Assembly: GCA_028534125.1 (NCBI GenBank) | Contig: CM052816.1 | Location: forward strand, 2,854,001 to 2,918,000 | DNA from: Lama glama | Lineage: Eukaryota | Reading direction: 5' to 3' | DNA length: 64,000 bases | Shown here: positions 37,725-49,604 of the stretch, piece by piece | Layout of the letters: each line of letters starts with the position of its first letter | Position numbering within the stretch: position 1 is the stretch's first letter | The notes under the pieces: model-generated | Told to the model about the DNA's origin: nothing | Database searches by the model: none | What the model saw: the letters and a program-made list of their open reading frames with translations, nothing else | Translations under genes and position numbers: made by a program

Positions 37725-38160
37725 CAAAGATTCTCTGCTTGACCAAACTTTAATCAGGCTCCTGAGACTTCTCCTAGGCCCACCGGTACACTTCCTAGTA
37801 AAACCTCATTTTATAGAGAACCCTATTAAGTCAGCTTAACCAGAACCCCGACTTGCAATATCCGATCACCTTCTGTACCTGATCAGGTTCGTCACCCTCC
37901 ACTGTCTGCCAGGCAACGTCGGATCGCCCTGGCCTGTCGTCAGCAAGGATCCTATTAGATCAATTCAGCCAGAGCCCCCCTTATCCTTGATGTTTCCTCT
38001 TCCTGTTCCTTGGCTAGAAACTCCCACTTGTCCATGCTGTGTTCAGATACGAGCCCAATCTCTCACCTCCACTATAAAATCCTATGTTATCACAGTGGTC
38101 CTGAATTAAGTCTGCCTTACCATCTTTAACAAGTGTCATTAAATATTTTTTTCTTTAACA
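37725..38160 (+). mobile_element. ERV1 solo LTR, MER31-like
   Basis: CAAAGATTCTCTGCTTGACCAAACTTTAATCAGGCTCCTGA start; ends TTTTTTCTTTAACA. Confidence 0.85.
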
Positions 38161-40059
38161 GACCTGAAGTATGATCTTTGGGGAGATAATGTTGGGAACT
38201 CTCAGTTAAGATGGATTACTCTGGAAAAATTACCTTCTGTTTGAAAAAATACATACACCTTCCAGGATCTTTCACTTTTCGAGGAAAAAAAACTTTTTCC
38301 CTTTACGAATTTTCTGTTCCACTCCCCAAAAAGTTATACCCATGGATATATAAGGTCTGAAAACAATACACATGTGTAAGACATATAAACCTCTAAAAAC
38401 CCCACCCCCTGGAGTTTGAATAGCTTTCTCTACTATGGATCCACAGCATTTCTGTTTGGTTGGCCACTTCCCAGAAAAGCATATTCAAAGGAGGATTAAT
38501 CCAAGGACTGCAAAGACTCTTTGATGCAGGGATCCCTTTTTCAAGGCATTCACCATTGATGGTCCAACTCCATCCACTTCATCCTCAGAAACCCTTCCAA
38601 GTGCCTGGGGGCATATTCACTGCTTTCATTGAGACACCAGTGAGGTGATGTCTGGTTTGTATTCAACAGGATAATTATTAATTCAATATCAAATTATTAA
38701 TTTATGCCAGAAAGTAAAGTATGTATGCTGTCATCTTACAGCATAAATAATAGAGGAGACAGACCTCGGACCACACTTTGAGAATCTGTAATATAATTGA
38801 TTCCCGCTCCCAACTGGCCCCATCCAGGCAGAACCACATGGCCAGTGCACCCCCTTCGTCTGAGCAGCACTGATCAAAAGAGGAAACTACTGTTTTGTGA
38901 ATGGCCAAACTCACTCAGAGAAGACATTTTTTAAACATGGAAGGTAAAAGCAAATGTTGACTAGCAAATGTGTTACAAGAAAAATACTTTTTTTTGGCTT
39001 TAAGATGAAACAGGTTTTTATTTCATGATTACATATATCCTATAATCTCTTGATTTATTGAGTACTTATTATCTGCCATGAATTACTATAAAAGGCTTTA
39101 CACATTTTATTCCATTTACTCTTCAAATAATCCAACAAGATAGATACAGGTCCTGTCTCTGTTTAACAAATTAGGAAAATGATGCATTTGTTTAAGGTTG
39201 CATTAAAAATACCTCATGTTTGTATCAGGCACCACAGATATGAAAATATTTTTATTTGCATGGTCTCACTTGGTCTTTACAGTATAGGAGGCAGGCAGAG
39301 TATGTTATATTTTTCCATTTTAGAGGTAAGTGAGCTTAGGTTACTTGGCCAATATCTCTCAGGAAATGTTGGGACCAGGACTCAAAACTAGACGTCCTAA
39401 CTCCCAATCTCATTGCTCTGCCGCATCACCTGATCCTGTTTCACAGAGCACCCCCAGCATGCCCTTTCATTTCAAGAGAGTGGACTGAACCAAAAAAATA
39501 AATTTGAAGCTTACTTTCATATTCTTTAGGAGAGTCCACCCAAAAGTGACATGAAAAGAAAAGATACATGACACAAAATACCGTCTGAATAGTTATGTTG
39601 GAACAGTCCTTCCCTTGGAAGGGAGAAGAGATTTTTCAGGAGAATCAGCTCCATTGTTTCCATCTTTGAGAACATAGAAATTGGACGCAAAGAACCACAA
39701 ACATTGAGCAAATAGTAAACTTGGCAATAAATTTCAACGCCTAGGGGTATGAAATACTGGACAGTGTCCCTCCCCTCCTCCAGAAGTCCCTTCCAACCTC
39801 CTCATCCCATAAGGGTTCCTCCCTTTTGTGAGTATCTCTCTCACAGCCTAGTGCCCAGGGATATGTGCAATTTACTATCTCATATCACAAACACATGCCT
39901 AGCCATTTGACTTCTAGAAAGCAGAGACAGACCATGTCTCCCTTTTACTTTTGTATCCACCGGAGGACCAGCACCATTCTAGGGTCCAGACAAATGAGTA
40001 TTAAAACTTGAACAATATTTCTAATAATAATAGTCAGTTCACTAAAATATTAATAATGT

Positions 40060-40165
40060 GGGGGGAGGGTATAGCTCAAGTGGTAAAGCGCATGCTTAGC
40101 ATGCATGAGGTCCTGGGTTCAATCCCCAGCACTTCCATTAACAACAACAACAACAAAAAATTAAA
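40060..40165 (+). mobile_element. Camelid tRNA-Ala(AGC)-derived SINE (vic-1-like), short form with (AAC)n/A tail
   Basis: GGGGAGGGTATAGCTCAAGTGGTAAAGCGCATGCTTAGCATGCATGAGGTCCTGGGTTCAATCCCCAG; A and B boxes intact; imperfect 17-bp TSD at 40043-40059 / 40166-40182. Confidence 0.92.
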
Positions 40166-40545
40166 TAAAACACTAATATTGTATGATAAACTAACCATTG
40201 ATGAGCTGATCATATCGTATTGACATTTTATTCTGCTGAGTGGTTCAGTGCACATAATTTGACCCATGTCAAATATTATGCAGCCAGAGCCACAAAATGA
40301 AGAGGCATGTTTAAGACAGTTCCATACATTTGTGTAGATAATATCTACTACCAAATGTTGAAATCCCAGTAAACGAGAGATAGACATGGCTAATTAAATA
40401 TTTGGTATTCATGCACAGTGCATGTAAATCAATCGTAATAAAGATACAATGTAGAAATTTCAACCCAGCAATGTTAATGAAGGCAAGCCTCCAGTAACGC
40501 ATCATTGTCTGAAGTAAAATGGAACTTTTTCCACAACGTAGTTAC

Positions 40546-40705
40546 CTGCATGTGAATGAACTGTACGTAACTCTTCATCTGGGAAGGTGACCAGAAATGG
40601 ATAGGAGAGACCACGGTTGCCAATGATATTACTGATGATTGGAAGATCTTTTACTACTGTCTTTACCATACAGCCCTCCGATGATTTATACCTCAAATGT
40701 GTGAG
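40546..40705 (-). other. Candidate coding-type exon (160 nt, phase 0 to 1), LTHLRYKSSEGCMVKTVVKDLPIISNIIGNRGLSYPFLVTFPDEELRTVHSHA
   Basis: T-rich acceptor ttttttatattcttatatattgaag|CTC and strong donor GCAG|gtaact; repeat-free; only one frame is open. I do not recognise the protein. Confidence 0.4.
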
Positions 40706-41079
40706 CTTCAATATATAAGAATATAAAAAATAGTTGACAGCTTCAAAAGGTTGATGGTCAGAAACACCAGCAGAAAACCCTGCCCATTGCCATTTATCAC
40801 CCCAGAAACAAAGGATCAGAACAAATGATAACTCCTTTGTCTTTAGCTTCTGCAAGAACACCTCCCCATTAACTCGCCCAATCTGAGAACCAAGGCCATG
40901 GCCTTGGACACAAAAACCTACTTACTCTGGCAAAACATTCTGGGCAATCAGAAGTCAGCATGCTAAGCCTTTCTGTAGGTATATGTCTATTGTGTGCACA
41001 TTTGCCAAGGTCTTGAGAATACTATTACTACATAATAGATACAGCTAAACATTAAAACTACTATTTCTAATTATGCTTG

Positions 41080-41404
41080 CAAAGCAGGCCTGGAGTACCA
41101 AGAAATTAACACATACCCCAAAGAGCAGCCCTCAACCAATATGTGACGGGAGCTGGGGTGAAACCACCCCAGTTCTCTTCTGCTCGGTTGGGATAACTTG
41201 GAGGCATGTGCTTCACACTGTCTCCCTTAGGTTCCCCACGGGGTTAAGTTCTAGTCATCCACGGTGGTTGCTGGCTTGATAAGGTACAATTTATTAGATG
41301 TCTTTCCTTCACAGTCTTACCTCCCTACTCCCCAGTCCCCAAATAAAGTTCTTGCACACAAGTTCTATGGCAGGGTCTACTTCTGGGAAAACCCAAACTA
41401 ATAT
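41080..41404 (+). mobile_element. ERVL LTR16-family LTR
   Basis: GAGCAGCCCTCAACCAAT..GACGGGAGCTGG..CCCAAATAAA..GGGTCTACTTCTGGGAAAACCCAAACTAA. Confidence 0.85.
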
Positions 41405-41459
41405 GCCCTGGGTTTCCCACACCTGTTTGATGACAGATCAGTCTTCACATAACACTTTT

Positions 41460-41985
41460 CCAGTTAGCTCTTTTGGTGGCAAGTGAGAAATGCCCAATAC
41501 AAGCTGGATAAAACAAAAAAAAATTAATTTACTTAATTCCAGGGACAGGCTGGCTTTCGTCCTGGCAGGACTTGGGATCTTGGACAATGTCATGGCTCTG
41601 TCTCCATGTCTGGGCTCTACAATGTTTTGTGTTGGTTTCATTCAAGGAGGCTCATTCCACAAGGCAGAAAGATGACCAACACAGTGGAGCTTACATCTCT
41701 TCTTTTCAGCAAAAAGGGGCTTCTCCTACCCAATGGTTCCAAAAAGGATCCCGGATGAATCTCACTGGACTGTCTTTGGTCACATGGTCATCTCTGCATG
41801 GATTCTGAAGACAGGTGAGATAGGATGTGCTGACTGATCAGTCCTGGGCCATGTGCCCACCTCAGTCACAGCCAAACCACATGCACCAGCAGTAGGGAGG
41901 GGTGGTCCCTCAGAGGCAAATCAGGGTGTTGCTATGAGCAGAAAGAAAGAGCTTCAGGGCAGGCACAAATAATAGGTGTCCACTC
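41460..41985 (-). mobile_element. Old MaLR LTR (MLT1K-like)
   Basis: CAGTTAG..TTTTGGTGGCAAGTGAGAAA..TTGGTCACATG..CTGGGCCATGTGCCCACC..GGTGTCCACT. Confidence 0.75.
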
Positions 41986-42721
41986 CAGCCTTTAACATTC
42001 TGTACAACTCACTTGGGAGCTGCTATCCTACAGGATTCACAATTACCTCCTCAAAAATTCTTGAGAAAGTCTTTCTCAGATAAGGTTGAAAGTGCACGTT
42101 AGAAAGAGGTGAGTCTCTCTGACAATTTCATGTCATCTCAATACACTCTTCATATATGACTATTTTACTGGTGTCACCAGTTCTCTCCTTGGCTTCCTCG
42201 TTTGGGTATATTAAAGAAGCATTGACTATCAGCTTTGGCATTTCTTGTCAAAATGAGAAGATATTCCATTGATTCCTTTCCATCAGCCTATACCCTCATG
42301 ATTAATTTCATTACTATTCCTATCAAGGAAGAAATCAAAGAGCCTTAAACAAGTGGGAGAACGTGTTTATAGCAATGAAAAAGCTAAAGAATAATGGCGG
42401 TTAGAAATATATTCTATAAACCACCCATCCACTTATGGAAACTTTGTTTTTAGCCTTCATGTCTTTCCCACAGGAAAAAAAAATTAAGCAAAAAATAAAT
42501 AGAGGGGAAAAAACAGAAAAATTCAGCTGCACACTTGTGGTTTTATTGGTTTTCCTAGAATTTACTACAGTGCCATAAATTAATTTATAAATAATGGCAA
42601 GCATGGGATTGCAACCAACATCACGTGAAGACAAAGAAAACACCTCAAGAATGTTCTAATTGGCAAGAAAACGCTCAATCTGTGGCAGAAATAGCCAAAG
42701 AGGAGGGCAAGTTTCACATAC

Positions 42722-42962
42722 CAGACTCTGAAAGCATCATCAGTTTTCAAAGTCTAACACAATATAATATTGCGCTTCCAATTTCTTTTTATCTACTTCT
42801 TTTCTCTGCTCCTAAGCTCACTCTCCTGAAGGAACCTCCCTGAAGCAGGAACATTCATCTGCATTATTAGAGGACCCGCAGTGCCACTTTCTTCCATCTT
42901 GTTTTGATCATTCTCTATTTTTTGAAAGACAGGTCCTGTGTCATTTCTATTTTGTGGCTCCC
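42722..42962 (-). pseudogene. Candidate exon with two donors (141 nt to 42822, open; 241 nt to 42722, disrupted)
   Basis: Acceptor ttatacttgtcag|GG; donors GAGA|gtgagc and TCTG|gtatgt; purine-rich; contains AACAAGATGG (good Kozak context). Confidence 0.3.
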
Positions 42963-43609
42963 CTGACAAGTATAACGACTGGCGTTTATCATAAAAAAGA
43001 TGCACTACATTAGAATCATATGATTTCAAAGTTCCTTGGTCTAACAATGATAAGCGGTTTTTCAAACATACAGCAAGGGCCCCCTTTGACTTTTCAGTTG
43101 TGATATCTACTATGCTCATGCTTGCACAAGCTTGGGGAGAGCCACGGATTAAGTGCTGTGATTCATGCCCCAAGTTTCTGCATCCCTCTTATACCCCAGT
43201 GCACCCCATGTGGGCACAGTTCCATTTTTATGAGACTCGACTCTACCCCAGGTATCCTAGGACAGACTCAACTCCGGGCCTATGTAACCCATGCAAGGAG
43301 AAACTTAGCTATAAGAACATAAAAAGACTCAACATTAGGGGGCCAGTAAATAATTGGTGAAACATCAACTGCATTCAGCTATTAAAAAAAAAATTCTTCC
43401 AAAGCATACTAATGATGTGGGAAAATGCCAACAATAAAGCTTTAAAAAAAAATAAGAAGAAATACACTCAAATATTAACAGAAACATTCTACCTCTGGGT
43501 GGTAAGATTATGACTAGTTTTGTTTCTTCTTCATGTTTTTCTCTTTTTCCCATGTTTTCTAAAATGAGTATCTGTTACTTTACAATCAGAAAAAAAACAA
43601 CAAAGGCTA

Positions 43610-43813
43610 TTAGCCACTATATATAAAAATAGGTTAAAAAAACCATTTTTTCTACATAGCACAGGGAACTATATTCAGTATCTTGTAATAACCTTTAATG
43701 AAAAAGAATATGAAAATGAATATATGTATGTATATGCATGACTGGGACATTGGGCTGTACACCAAAAACTGACACATAGTAACTGACTATACCTCAATAA
43801 AAACAAAACCAAA
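43610..43813 (+). mobile_element. Young L1 3' end with 11-bp TSD, at the tail of an older L1ME 3' fragment (about 43370-43600)
   Basis: TSD AACAAAGGCTA at 43599-43609 and 43814-43824; ATAGCACAGGGAACTATATTCA..ATATGTATGTATATGCATGACTGGGAC. Confidence 0.93.
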
Positions 43814-44609
43814 AACAAAGGCTAAATATTGAAAAGTACCAAAAAAAGCTTCTGAGAAAAAAATCTATAAAATGCTAGACCAGAGCTGGAGGGACCAAGT
43901 AGGTCATTACTATAAAAATCAGAGCCCTGGATTCCCTTCGCACTGTTAAATGCTAGTCATCATCCCCTCATTATATATACTTACATCCCCCACAGCGTTG
44001 GAACCTCCTAATGCCAGTGCCACAACTCAACTTCTCTGTCATCCCAAAAATGCTTAGTACAGTGCTTTGCACAAAACATGTGTTCATGAAATGTAGTGTG
44101 AATTGATTTACGAGTGCATGAAGGTTACAAGATCGGTGTGAATAGGCAAAGACCATCAGAAGACAGGAAGAACTAGGGGGTTCCGGGGGCTCCAAACCTT
44201 AGAAACTTCAAGTATCTGAAAACAGAAAAGTTGATGAAAGCGTCAAAGGTCCAAGAAGGCAGGCAGAGCTCATCGGGTTGGGGGGTTAAAACAAGCATCG
44301 AGGAAGATAGCTGAGTCAGCAGTCCTGAAAGCCAAGACAGCAAAGCATTGCTGAGTCTGCTTTCAACTTTCTTCTAAGCAGGGTGGTCCTCGGAGCAAGT
44401 GTGCTGGTGGTTACCCAGGGCTGCCCACTGCATACACCAAGTCCAGATGGTCTGACTGAAAATCAATTTGGCCACAGGAATTTAGTCAACTGAACAAGCT
44501 AGGGCAACAATAGAGGATTCATTGGAACAACCTAGTCTCACAATAGAGTATCTTTTAAAATGTCATTTATTATTTTTTTCTGAAACTTCAAAAATAATTG
44601 CATTCTTAT

Positions 44610-44830
44610 TAAAGAAACATCTTGGATGACTAACAAGTATATAAAACTTACCATGCCCAAAACTGAGCTCCTAATTGTGCCTCCCAAACCCCATCGTCCT
44701 GCAGACCTCCCTACCTCATATAGTGCACCTCCCTCCATCCAACCGTCCAGGACAAAAAAACTTGGATTCACTCACAACTACTATCTTTGTCTCATACCCC
44801 ATGCATGCACGTGCGTGCGCGCGCGCGCAT

Positions 44831-44866
<36 letters not shown>

Positions 44867-45015
44867 CATGCTCCCCAGGCAGGCCCCTTGCACTTGCTGT
44901 TCCTTCAGCTAGCTTGCATTTTCCCGAGACATCCACCTGGTTCACACCTTCATCTCCTTCAGGGCTTTACTCAAAAGTTACCTTGGCCGTGAGACCTTCC
45001 CTGATGGCCTTATTC
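44610..45015 (+). mobile_element. L2 fragment containing a microsatellite
   Basis: AAACTTACCATGCCCAAAACTGAGCTCCT; GCCCCTTGCACTTGCTGTTCC; GAGACCTTCCCTGA. Confidence 0.8.
44800..44865. repeat. Compound alternating purine-pyrimidine repeat with (GC)6 and (CA)n
   Basis: 66 bp of unbroken YR alternation. Confidence 0.95.
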
Positions 45016-45515
45016 NNNNNNNNNNNNNNNNNNNNNNNNNNNNNNNNNNNNNNNNNNNNNNNNNNNNNNNNNNNNNNNNNNNNNNNNNNNNNNNNNNNNN
45101 NNNNNNNNNNNNNNNNNNNNNNNNNNNNNNNNNNNNNNNNNNNNNNNNNNNNNNNNNNNNNNNNNNNNNNNNNNNNNNNNNNNNNNNNNNNNNNNNNNNN
45201 NNNNNNNNNNNNNNNNNNNNNNNNNNNNNNNNNNNNNNNNNNNNNNNNNNNNNNNNNNNNNNNNNNNNNNNNNNNNNNNNNNNNNNNNNNNNNNNNNNNN
45301 NNNNNNNNNNNNNNNNNNNNNNNNNNNNNNNNNNNNNNNNNNNNNNNNNNNNNNNNNNNNNNNNNNNNNNNNNNNNNNNNNNNNNNNNNNNNNNNNNNNN
45401 NNNNNNNNNNNNNNNNNNNNNNNNNNNNNNNNNNNNNNNNNNNNNNNNNNNNNNNNNNNNNNNNNNNNNNNNNNNNNNNNNNNNNNNNNNNNNNNNNNNN
45501 NNNNNNNNNNNNNNN
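45016..45515. other. Assembly gap (500 N)
   Basis: Run of exactly 500 N. Confidence 1.
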
Positions 45516-46993
45516 AAAAAAAAGAAAGGGAAAATAAGTATCAATTAAAACTGAAAAAAACAAAGAGACAGACAGAGGATCAGGCAAGCATACAAACAGT
45601 ACATTTGCAGCCCTTCCTTAGAACAAGAAGAAAATACAATTAAACTGAAATGTGTGGTTTCCAAAGAAACTAACAGGAAGGCAAGTGTGGACTTATTTGT
45701 TAAAATATAGATGACAGTGTGAAGTTAAAGAATGTATAATACATTTAGCAAGTTAAAAAAAAATAAAAGAGCAGAGTGCTTAGAAACATAAGACCTCTTT
45801 CAAGTGCCTGCTCCACCTCTTTCTAGCCTGACCTTGAACAACTCAGTGCAGCTTTCTGGAGCTTGGGTTTTCCCTCGATAAAATAGGTAGTCCAAGATCT
45901 ACAACTTTTAAACTGTAATCCTAAGAGTTTTATGTACCTGTTCCAGGCTGATAAATGTTCTGTCCCAACAGAAGAATAAATGTGAGGCACACACGCACCC
46001 AAATTCACAGACATATCCACTCAAGGCGATCTGCTTTACATATCAGGTGTCTGGGTAAGATCATCTGTTTTCTGGCCTTAAAAAAAAAAAAAGTTGGAAA
46101 CCCCTGGGAATTCAGGCAAACTCTAAATTTCTCTGATTCTTCCTCCCATACCACTATTTGTGCAAAAGGCACCCCAAAATACAAGTTGTTGATGGTGTCT
46201 TTTGTGAGCACTCCAACACTGGACACTCAACAATCCATAACTGCAGGAATTACTCGTCTCTCTACACACAAGATCCCTCACAACTCTGCCCATGTTTAAG
46301 ATTTAAAACCTGCAGCCTAATTAGCAGAGAGCAAAAAATATAATAAAACCAGGCTGCTTAACTCTGGCACTGCCTTCAAATTGTTTTCCCATTTGCAAAT
46401 GTTACTGTTGGATTTTGTTTCCCGACGTACTTGACATTTTATTTCCCTGTTAAGGTGAAGCTCAATAAAAAAGAGAGAGGAGGGGGAGGAAGAGAAGAAG
46501 GACCCCAACACGCAGCCATGGAGGAGGACAGAGGAGAACAGCTTGATAAAGATCGCCGAACGATGGCTGCCTCTAGAAAGTTCAGGAGCCTTGTAATAAA
46601 TTACCCTGTATAAATTTAAAGAGGTTTGAAATGCTTAACTAGTTTAAAATGTGAACAAATACACATACACACAGCAGTTGAATATGCTTTGGCTTCATAT
46701 CCTGAACACTATAAAAATGGTCTATTATTGGTGTTCACAACAATTTAACAGCTTGAATAGATTATATTCCTTAGAGGCAAAAGGCAGCTACAATGCAAAG
46801 TTCAAGTTCCTGAAGTTCAGATCAGTTTAGTGCATTAAAAAAATTTCCCATAGGAAGAATTAATTTCTCTGAAGCCAAAACAAAACAAAGCAAAACAAAA
46901 AAGGAGTGAGAATTTCTTCAATTAATCTCGTGTTTCGGACATAGACAGTGGAAAGTCTCGGTCTCTAGGTGACTTTTGCAGAAAGGCTTAAAC

Positions 46994-47402
46994 CAGCGTT
47001 CTCCCAGGGGGCCACAGGTCCGTTAGAAGTGTATAAGCAAGAAAATATGTAGGACATTTGCATATTCAGTGTGCAAAGTTTATGTAAACTGACCATGTCT
47101 GTGCAGTTGATCCTCAGGCACTTCTCAAGTTCACTTTTTATCCCTGCTAACTTCCAGGTAGTCAGTTTGAAAGTTCATCCATATTCCTTCTCATCAGCTA
47201 GTATTACTGTCTTGGGTCCCCAGAGGGGAGGCACGTTACTTAATACATGGAATCAGAAGTAAGATTATGAGATGGGAGAGTTGAAAGGATTTTGTTCTCT
47301 ACCTACTTCTCTGACATACAGAATTAGGGACATAACAGCAAGGTCATTTGAAATTTTCCTATGGCCCCTCAGAGATGAAAAACCACAGTTTGGAAAACAC
47401 TG
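46994..47402. mobile_element. Old hAT-Charlie-type MITE, family not assigned
   Basis: Imperfect TIR CAGCGTTCTCCCA / TTGGAAAACACTG. Confidence 0.55.
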
Positions 47403-47416
47403 ACCTAAAGGGGAGA

Positions 47417-47553
47417 GGGGGAAGGTATAGCTCAAGTGGTAGAGTGTATGCTTAGCATGCACAAGGTCCTGGGTTCAACCCCAGTATCTCCATTGAAAAA
47501 CAAGCAAATAAATTAAAAAAAAAAAACCTAATTACCTACCCCCTGCAAAAAAA
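47417..47553 (+). mobile_element. Camelid tRNA-Ala-derived SINE, long form
   Basis: GGTATAGCTCAAGTGGTAGAGTGTATGCTTAGCATGCACAAGGTCCTGGGTTCAA, A-rich linker, CCTAATTACCT..CCCCC, A tail. Confidence 0.92.
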
Positions 47554-47584
47554 GAGAGAGAGACAATGCACAGAAATCTTCTAA

Positions 47585-47800
47585 GAATGGGTTCGAGTGT
47601 GGGCTTTGGAGTCAAACAGTAGTGGGTCCTTGTTCCAGCTCTGCTTCTTGCTAACTGAAATCTGGCAAGTTATTGAACCTTTCAGATGCTTAATCTTCCC
47701 ATCCGTAAAATGGGAATTGTGTTAAAGACCACTTCGTAGGATTGTGCAAACTAAAAGAGATGCATGTAAAGTGTTTACTGAAATGATAGCTTAGCTTATT
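47585..47800 (+). mobile_element. MIR SINE
   Basis: GGGCTTTGGAGTCAAACAG..CCAGCTCTGC..GGCAAGTTATTGAACCT..CCCATCCGTAAAATGGGA. Confidence 0.85.
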
Positions 47801-49153
47801 ATTGTTTTAGAATCATTGACTCGATTCTTTGCTGACAGTTGTTTAATAGCCTCAAAGGGGTCCTACAGATAGAAGATTTCTCTTAACTCAGTGAACTTCC
47901 ACAACCAAACCTTTCATGTTCCACATCAGCACAAGAACTACAATTATTTACAGAGTAAAATTCATACACCCTAAAAAAAATTTTTTGTAAACTAAGATTA
48001 TGGGTTATTAATCCAGTTGCTAATCATCAGCGCCCCCACCCCATCCTCCTTCAGCAGTGAACTAAGGTCACCATGCCCTCCCGTATACCTCACAGCCTCT
48101 CATTACTTTGCATGGTCATTACCCTTGTCCATACTCACTTTAAAAAAAGAACCACCCCCCTTCTCAGCTCTTCCTTGCACAGAGAGAGAATAGAGGAACA
48201 AAACTCAGTGGCTAGGAAGAGAAAGGATGTGAGACCCAGCCCTTGGCTGATTTTAACTTCAGGCATTTCAGAATGGTTATTTCTCAGAGTCATCAAGGGC
48301 TAATGGTGCAATCCGATTTTGCCTAGATGAATTTCCCATGACAAATGACATTGGCTCATCATTTGTGGTCGTGACCGAGTGCCAATATTTTTCTTCTTCC
48401 ACAGCTTGGGTAGGACAGCATGGAGCTCTTATGTTCCCTGGGACATTTGTTTCCAATTTTGAAAACACTGTGAATGTGGTTATTTTTGTAGCTCTGTTAG
48501 GAAAGTGCATGGCATTTGGTTTTTCTTGTTGGAGTTAATTATAAATCATTAGGGTTCCAGCGCCCACAACAAAGGCCTTGGACCTTGAAGCTCAATCACT
48601 GGTGATTGCGATGGTCCTACCCACAGCCCTCCACCTCTTGCTTAATCTCTCCATTCCTCATTATGGAGCAGAAGGGAGGAGGGGGCGTTATTTTAAGATG
48701 TTTGTATTGGCTTCTAAATGTGAAGCTTTAGTTCCAAGGTCTTCTTTTTTCCCAGAGCAAGATAAACTTCTTTAGGTTGTAAATCATGGGACTTCTGCAT
48801 CACTTGACAGAGTCCATGTTTAAAAGTCATTCCGATCGCCTCTCTGATGACTTAGGAAGCAAAGAGAGTTCCCCACGCATCCTGAAAAGGACCCTTTCAG
48901 TAGCACTTGGCCTGTGCCCAGATCTGTTGCTTTAGGATGATAAATTATTTCTATTTTCATCCCCTCCCCACCTCCATCTCCTATTTGTAGAAAAAGCACT
49001 GTGACCTAACTGATTAGGATGAGCCATTGGCAAAAGTGGGAGGCCCAAGCTGGGGGGGGGGGGGCCTTCCTCCACGTCTGAACTGCCCCTTCTTCCTGCC
49101 CACAGCCAGGCATTCACATCCTTGGGCTGCCCTAAGGCCCCTGCTGTACTTAC

Positions 49154-49244
49154 CCATCCCATCTCACTCTCCAGGACGGCACCTGGAATCCCATTAAAAT
49201 AGCCCTGCCCTGAATAGCATTTTCCTCTAGGCTTCTATTTCTTG
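49154..49244 (-). other. Candidate exon (91 nt)
   Basis: Acceptor ccatttgctctctag|CAA and strong donor TGG|gtaagt; repeat-free. Confidence 0.25.
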
Positions 49245-49604
49245 CTAGAGAGCAAATGGGTAATCTAATTTTCAAACAAACAAACAAAATCCTGCCTTTA
49301 TATATATCAATAGTTGCCAACTGGATAATGAAATGAGGAGGAGATTTGTTTCCTACTTTTTTTAACCTCCAAACCCTCTCTTCACTCAAGGCCTTCTTTG
49401 AATCACTCCTGCCTTGTTCACTTCTATCCCCAAAGCCTGGAACAGTTACCTGGCACCCAACACACTTCAAGGACTATTTGATGAATACATGAAGGCCCAG
49501 CCTACTTTTCCTTCCTTCCCCTGCCCCTGGCAAACCCAGAGGGAGGCCTCTGGGGCAGGACTTTCCCACCAGAGAGGTTAATAAAATACATTCAGAAAGC
49601 ACCA

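Noticed and set aside
40064..40137. tRNA-Ala(AGC) gene
   Set aside because: Extra 5' G-run, A-rich tail, TSD and two paralogous copies in the window show it is a SINE.
44626..45587. ORFs of 188-303 aa
   Set aside because: They consist of L2 sequence, a microsatellite and the N gap.
47000..47016. CTCF-like motif CTCCCAGGGGGCCAC
   Set aside because: Imperfect 5' half and it lies at the end of a hAT MITE; partial motifs at about 33829 and 48029 are also weak.
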